DNA from: Geopsychrobacteraceae bacterium
GTDB lineage: Bacteria > Desulfobacterota > Desulfuromonadia > Desulfuromonadales > Geopsychrobacteraceae
NCBI GenBank assembly: GCA_963676795.2
Contig: CAXXTB010000002.1
Location: forward strand, 1,664,001 to 1,728,000
DNA length: 64,000 bases
Reading direction: 5' to 3'
The translations under genes were made by a program, and so were the position numbers. Each line of letters opens with the position of its first letter. The stretch's first letter is position 1. The notes beneath the pieces are model-generated. The model was not told the origin of the DNA and did no database searches. It saw nothing but the letters and a program-made list of their open reading frames with translations. Of the stretch, positions 59,893 to 64,000 are shown in pieces.

Positions 59893-60666
59893 GTGAAAGA
59901 ACAAGTCAACAGAAAAAAAGGGGCGACACCTGCGTATGCCCAGCTTGCAAACATCATAAAAAATGGCATTGCAACCGGCAAGCTCAAGCCCGGTGAACGG
60001 ATCCCTTCAGAATCCAATCTGGCCAAGGAATTCGGCGTCAGTCCCATGACAGCACGCCAGGCGGTCAACGTACTGGTTGAAGAAGAACTGGTCAACCGCA
60101 TCCATGGCAGTGGGACATTTGTCAAAAAAATTGATGTCGGTACGACATCCTTTGGGTTGGACGTTCTCGACCATATTCTTTTTGACACAAAGAATTTGAA
60201 GGTTCGTATTTTACAATCTTCGATAGTAAAAGTCTCAAACGAGATTCGCCATGCCTTACATCTTGACGAATCAACTCCGGTTATATGTGCGTCCCGTCTT
60301 ATCATCCACAAGGACAAGCCATTTTCCATCCAGACCTCATATCTGCCGTTTGATCCGAATGAACCTGTCATTGAAAACATGCTCGAAACAACAGGACTCT
60401 GTGGCTTTTTTCATGCGGAAAACCATGCCGGATACAAGAAGGGGATCATCAATCTGTTCCCTTGGCACCTGAGCCCTACTGAGATGGCGATGCTCGCATT
60501 AAGCGAAGACCGTGGTGCCTTCAAGCTCGAATATACCTATTACGATTTCACTGACAGGCCAAGCAATTACGGTTGGTTCATAATTCCTCAGGATCAACTG
60601 CCCCTTAGTAGCAAAGTTGGAGTATGGAATGATCACGAAGTTGAAGCCCAAACAAGCAGTATCTAG
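59893..60666 (+). CDS. GntR-family regulator with UTRA-like C-terminus
   Basis: PGERIPSESNLAKEFGVSPMTARQA...GSGTFV. Confidence 0.92.
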   Translation: MKEQVNRKKGATPAYAQLANIIKNGIATGKLKPGERIPSESNLAKEFGVSPMTARQAVNVLVEEELVNRIHGSGTFVKKIDVGTTSFGLDVLDHILFDTKNLKVRILQSSIVKVSNEIRHALHLDESTPVICASRLIIHKDKPFSIQTSYLPFDPNEPVIENMLETTGLCGFFHAENHAGYKKGIINLFPWHLSPTEMAMLALSEDRGAFKLEYTYYDFTDRPSNYGWFIIPQDQLPLSSKVGVWNDHEVEAQTSSI

Positions 60667-61300
60667 TGAGCAACAGGAAGAACTTTGCGAACTGATTGCA
60701 GGTCTGAAGGAGCGCGAAAGCATTGCCCTTCTTCGGAAATTGCATGATCAGGGAGCAGACCCAACCGAGCTGTTCGAACTCTGCATCGAGGGAGTAAGAA
60801 GAGTTGGACTCCAGTTTGAAAGTGGTCGTTACTATATTTCCGCGCTCGTCATGGCTGGTGAAATTATGCGGCAGGTCTCCGAATACCTGAACAGCTATCT
60901 TCCCGCTGCGAGAGAAGATCATGTACTGGGAACCGTTCTGCTCGGAACAATTGAAGGCGATATTCACGACCTGGGCAAAAATATCCTAAAAAACCTGCTG
61001 ATCAACAACGGCTTTCAGGTTATTGACCTGGGCATCGATGTGTCAGTTGAAACCTTCGTTGAAAAAACATTAGAAATTAAGCCCGATTTTGTCGCCATCA
61101 GCTGCATCTTGACGCAATGTGTTGACCAACTGCATAAAGCGGTAAAGGATATTAAAAACATTCCACTGGCTAGCAAACCTATTGTCCTGATTGGCGGCGC
61201 TTGCGTTGATGAAGTTATCAATAATTTCGTTGGGGCCGACAACTGGTTCACAGACGCATTTCTGGCAGTTGATTTCTGTAAAAACAACGTAAAAGCATAG
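60629..61300 (+). CDS. Corrinoid protein 5, divergent, overlapping gntR
   Basis: GDIHDLGK, DLGIDV, SCILT, IGGA. ATG at 60629 after GGAG. Confidence 0.9.
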   Translation: MITKLKPKQAVSSEQQEELCELIAGLKERESIALLRKLHDQGADPTELFELCIEGVRRVGLQFESGRYYISALVMAGEIMRQVSEYLNSYLPAAREDHVLGTVLLGTIEGDIHDLGKNILKNLLINNGFQVIDLGIDVSVETFVEKTLEIKPDFVAISCILTQCVDQLHKAVKDIKNIPLASKPIVLIGGACVDEVINNFVGADNWFTDAFLAVDFCKNNVKA

Positions 61301-61400
61301 GTACTGGGCAGGCACAACTCTAACCAGGGTCTGGGTAACAGAGTTGTCGTGTTTTTCTTGCAAGGCTCGAGGAATTTTTTAACGGAACTGGATAAAAATC

Positions 61401-63005
61401 ATGGCCAACAACAAAACTGTACGTTTAATTTCTCATAACAATACAGAGCTTAGCGTTCCATCTGGAACGAATCTCCTTGAAGCCCTCAGCGAGAACGGTA
61501 TTTTCGTTCGCTCAGATTGCGGTGGCAGAGGAACTTGCGGAAAATGCCGAGTTGAAGAGACTACAGCTGACAGTAAGGTTGAAATCCTGGCCTGCGTTAC
61601 CAATATCGACGGAGATCTGACCGTCAATATCCCCCAGAAATCCCTGGCGTCGCCGTTTATTCTGACCAAGGCCCCCCTTGAGTTCCCCGAATATTTCAAG
61701 CATGATACTCTCCCGGCAGCCCAGAATGACGAGATCTATGATATCGCCATCGATCTTGGGACAACAACGATTGCCATCTATCTCTGTCATCGCAACAGCC
61801 GCGAGGTCGTTGCCTCAACTTCGCTCAAGAACCCCCAGTTCCCTTTTGGCGCAGATGTCATCAGTAGAATCAACGCCATCATCAAACAGCCGGCGCTTCT
61901 TGTCAGGCTGCAGCAGCTCGTCATAAAAGGGATCGAATGGGGCATCAATTCCCTGGTCGCCAAGGCTCCTCAGGACAATATTAATATCGACACTATACTC
62001 ATTGTCGGCAACCCGACCATGATTCATATTGTCAGCGGAACTGACCCCAAATCAATCGGAACAGCGCCTTACCTGCCAGCTTTCTATGAATCGAAACAGT
62101 TCCGCCCGGATGAGCTTGCCATCAATATCTCCTGCGCGAAGATTCAGACCATGCCGCAAGTCTCCGGCTTCATCGGCAGTGACGTGCTGGCAGCGGGATT
62201 GGCGGTTGATCTGCTCAATCAGCCGGATGGCACCCTGCTCATCGACCTCGGCACAAATGGCGAACTTCTGCTCAAGCACAAAGACGGCCTCCTTGCTGCG
62301 TCCTGCGCCACTGGTCCTGCCTTCGAAGGCGCTGAAATCGAATGCGGAGTTCAGGCAATACCTGGTGCCATCAACGAGGTACAGATCAATGACAACCAGC
62401 AGGTCGAATCATTGTCGATGATCAATCCGGATAAAATTGCCCATCTCAGACCTGTTGGTCTCTGCGGCCCTGGCATTATCAGTGCCATTGCCGAAATGTA
62501 TGACAAAGGAATCATCACCAAGACCGGAGCCTTCGCGGAAAGACAGAAACACTTCAACCTGACCGAACCCACGAGCACAGAACAGTCCGATGCCGTATTC
62601 ATCAGTGCCAAGGACATCCGTGCCATTCAGCTGGGCAAAGGCGCTCTGATCACCGGGATCGAAATGCTCCTAAAAGAAGCGGGCCTTGAGCTCCCAACCA
62701 AAATTCTTATCGCCGGAGCTTTTGGTAGCCATGTCAAGGTGGACGACATGCTGCGTCTGGGGATGATTACCGAGGCCCAGACAATTGAATCGGTAGGCAA
62801 TGCAGCCGGTGCCGGTGCCGTCATGGCTGTCTGCGATGAATCAATCAGACAATCACTTCTCGACATCGCCGAAAAAACCCGAACCATAGATCTATTCCGC
62901 AACGCGGCGTTCCAAAAAGCGTTTTTAGCAAATCTGAACTTTCCGCCACTCGCTGGAGAAGTTGAAGAAAGCAGCGATCAGGTTTTGGATATCGCCAATT
63001 CCTGA
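61401..63005 (+). CDS. RACE-type corrinoid activator 2
   Basis: CGGRGTCGKC, DLGTTT, GADVISR, DLGTNGE, ATGPAFEG, GNAAG. Confidence 0.92.
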   Translation: MANNKTVRLISHNNTELSVPSGTNLLEALSENGIFVRSDCGGRGTCGKCRVEETTADSKVEILACVTNIDGDLTVNIPQKSLASPFILTKAPLEFPEYFKHDTLPAAQNDEIYDIAIDLGTTTIAIYLCHRNSREVVASTSLKNPQFPFGADVISRINAIIKQPALLVRLQQLVIKGIEWGINSLVAKAPQDNINIDTILIVGNPTMIHIVSGTDPKSIGTAPYLPAFYESKQFRPDELAINISCAKIQTMPQVSGFIGSDVLAAGLAVDLLNQPDGTLLIDLGTNGELLLKHKDGLLAASCATGPAFEGAEIECGVQAIPGAINEVQINDNQQVESLSMINPDKIAHLRPVGLCGPGIISAIAEMYDKGIITKTGAFAERQKHFNLTEPTSTEQSDAVFISAKDIRAIQLGKGALITGIEMLLKEAGLELPTKILIAGAFGSHVKVDDMLRLGMITEAQTIESVGNAAGAGAVMAVCDESIRQSLLDIAEKTRTIDLFRNAAFQKAFLANLNFPPLAGEVEESSDQVLDIANS

Positions 63006-63104
63006 TTTCAGCTCTCACAAAAACAAAGGGCTGTCCTGGAAAACCAAAAGCCATGGACAGCCCCTCACGAAAAACCAATTCCTCACGGTTAAACAGGTCT
63101 TCAG

Positions 63105-64000
63105 TTACTGCACCAAAGCCTTTTCGAGCAGGTCAGTACGGATAGAGTCCCTGATGTCTGGTGCGCTAGAGATCGCACCAAAATCAGCCAGCGCAGCTCC
63201 TGTCTGATTCAGGCTGTTAAGCGTTGCATCATTCAGGGTCATGGCAAATTGATGATTGGCGAGACTTTGGCGGCTCAGCTCGACAGCCATACCGGTCACC
63301 CGACTCAAAAGGAGGCTGACCTCCTCCGGACTGCGATTTACCCTGTCGACTGCCTGAGCCATCGCCCTCAGAAATTGCACGACCTGCTCTTCATGCCCCT
63401 CAACATACTTTTTTCTGGCCACCAGGAGAATCGGGTAGTTGTTCCCCAGCCCCGAAAGGTCGCCGAAAGAGTGCCCTCCCCTGACCTCTGCCAAGGTTGG
63501 TGTCGGTTCACTGGCGCAGAGGACGTCTATCGATCCAGCACTCAACGCTTCAATCATGTCACCCGGCCGCATATCAACCAGGTTGATATCGCTGCGACTC
63601 ATGTTGTTTCTGGCCAGCCAGGCGAGTAAGCCTCCGTAGGTTGATGTGCCTTTCTTTACGGCTATGGTTTTTCCCTTCAGATCAGAAGGAACCTTAAGCT
63701 CAAGCCCCTTGCGACTGATCATACGATGGCGGTATTCACCGCCACCATAACTGGCCAGAACAACCAGTCCGGCATTCCGGGCGCAGGAGATGACCACTGC
63801 AGCATCCCCCATAGTGCCGATGTCTGCAGCACCGGTATAGAGCGCCTCGGAGGTCGCGGGGCCACTGGAGAATCGCATCCGTTTGATCTGCAAACCGGCA
63901 GCCGAAAAGATCCCCTCTTCCAGGGCGACGATGCTGGCAGCATCGGCAACCCGGTCCTGATAAGCAAAACGGATCTCATCAGCACAACTGAACGAGGAAA
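63105..64000 (-). CDS. ABC substrate-binding protein, SsuA/NitT/TauT-like; 5' end beyond window
   Basis: DLKGKTIAV, ALSAGSID, EPTPT; frame stays open to the window edge (..IRFAYQDRVADAASIVALEEG..). Confidence 0.8.
   Translation of the reverse strand, partial: SSFSCADEIRFAYQDRVADAASIVALEEGIFSAAGLQIKRMRFSSGPATSEALYTGAADIGTMGDAAVVISCARNAGLVVLASYGGGEYRHRMISRKGLELKVPSDLKGKTIAVKKGTSTYGGLLAWLARNNMSRSDINLVDMRPGDMIEALSAGSIDVLCASEPTPTLAEVRGGHSFGDLSGLGNNYPILLVARKKYVEGHEEQVVQFLRAMAQAVDRVNRSPEEVSLLLSRVTGMAVELSRQSLANHQFAMTLNDATLNSLNQTGAALADFGAISSAPDIRDSIRTDLLEKALVQ

Noticed and set aside
32969..61300. Mercury methylation (hgcAB) or reductive dehalogenase
   Set aside because: No N(V/I)WCA cap helix or TM tail, no HgcB, no Tat-exported RdhA/RdhB; corrinoid proteins are DxHxxG type.
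59893..61300. Frameshifted GntR-B12 fusion
   Set aside because: Both ORFs look complete and the second has its own GGAG and ATG; no slippery site noticed.
32969..63005. Canonical mec dichloromethane cassette
   Set aside because: Shares part types, but no sensor kinase/response regulator or pterin-binding methyltransferase and a different order; homology not testable here.
1..64000. CRISPR arrays, tRNA/rRNA, prophage or defence genes
   Set aside because: None recognised; the repeats seen are explained by riboswitches, operators, terminators and gene paralogy.

Overview
Cobamide-centred region of an anaerobic Gram-negative bacterium; the gene style suggests a Desulfuromonadales-like deltaproteobacterium (inference only). 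The left half (minus strand, ~1-29.9 kb) holds two operons. One is a TonB/ExbBD corrinoid-uptake/salvage operon (DUF3450, two ExbB, ExbD, TonB, TPR, BtuF-CbiZ fusion, exported CobN-like protein running off the edge) under two tandem cobalamin riboswitches. The other is a nearly complete anaerobic cbi/cob operon (two cbiL paralogues, no cbiT, exported CbiK) under a short riboswitch. The right half (mostly plus strand, ~30-63 kb) is an expanded array of B12-dependent methyl-transfer parts: 5 corrinoid proteins, 5 UroD-fold proteins of unknown substrate, 1 MtaA-like protein, 2 RACE activators, 2 DUF1638, a COG0523 chaperone, extra cysG/cobA, MFS/NCS2/TRAP transport genes and TetR, IclR and GntR regulators. 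One IclR gene is split by an intact IS3 element. A 16-bp palindrome (AGTCTTATATAAGACT consensus) sits in sigma70-like promoters in both halves, suggesting one regulon linking B12 supply to the methyltransferase array. Functional calls are from motif recognition by eye; no searches were run.
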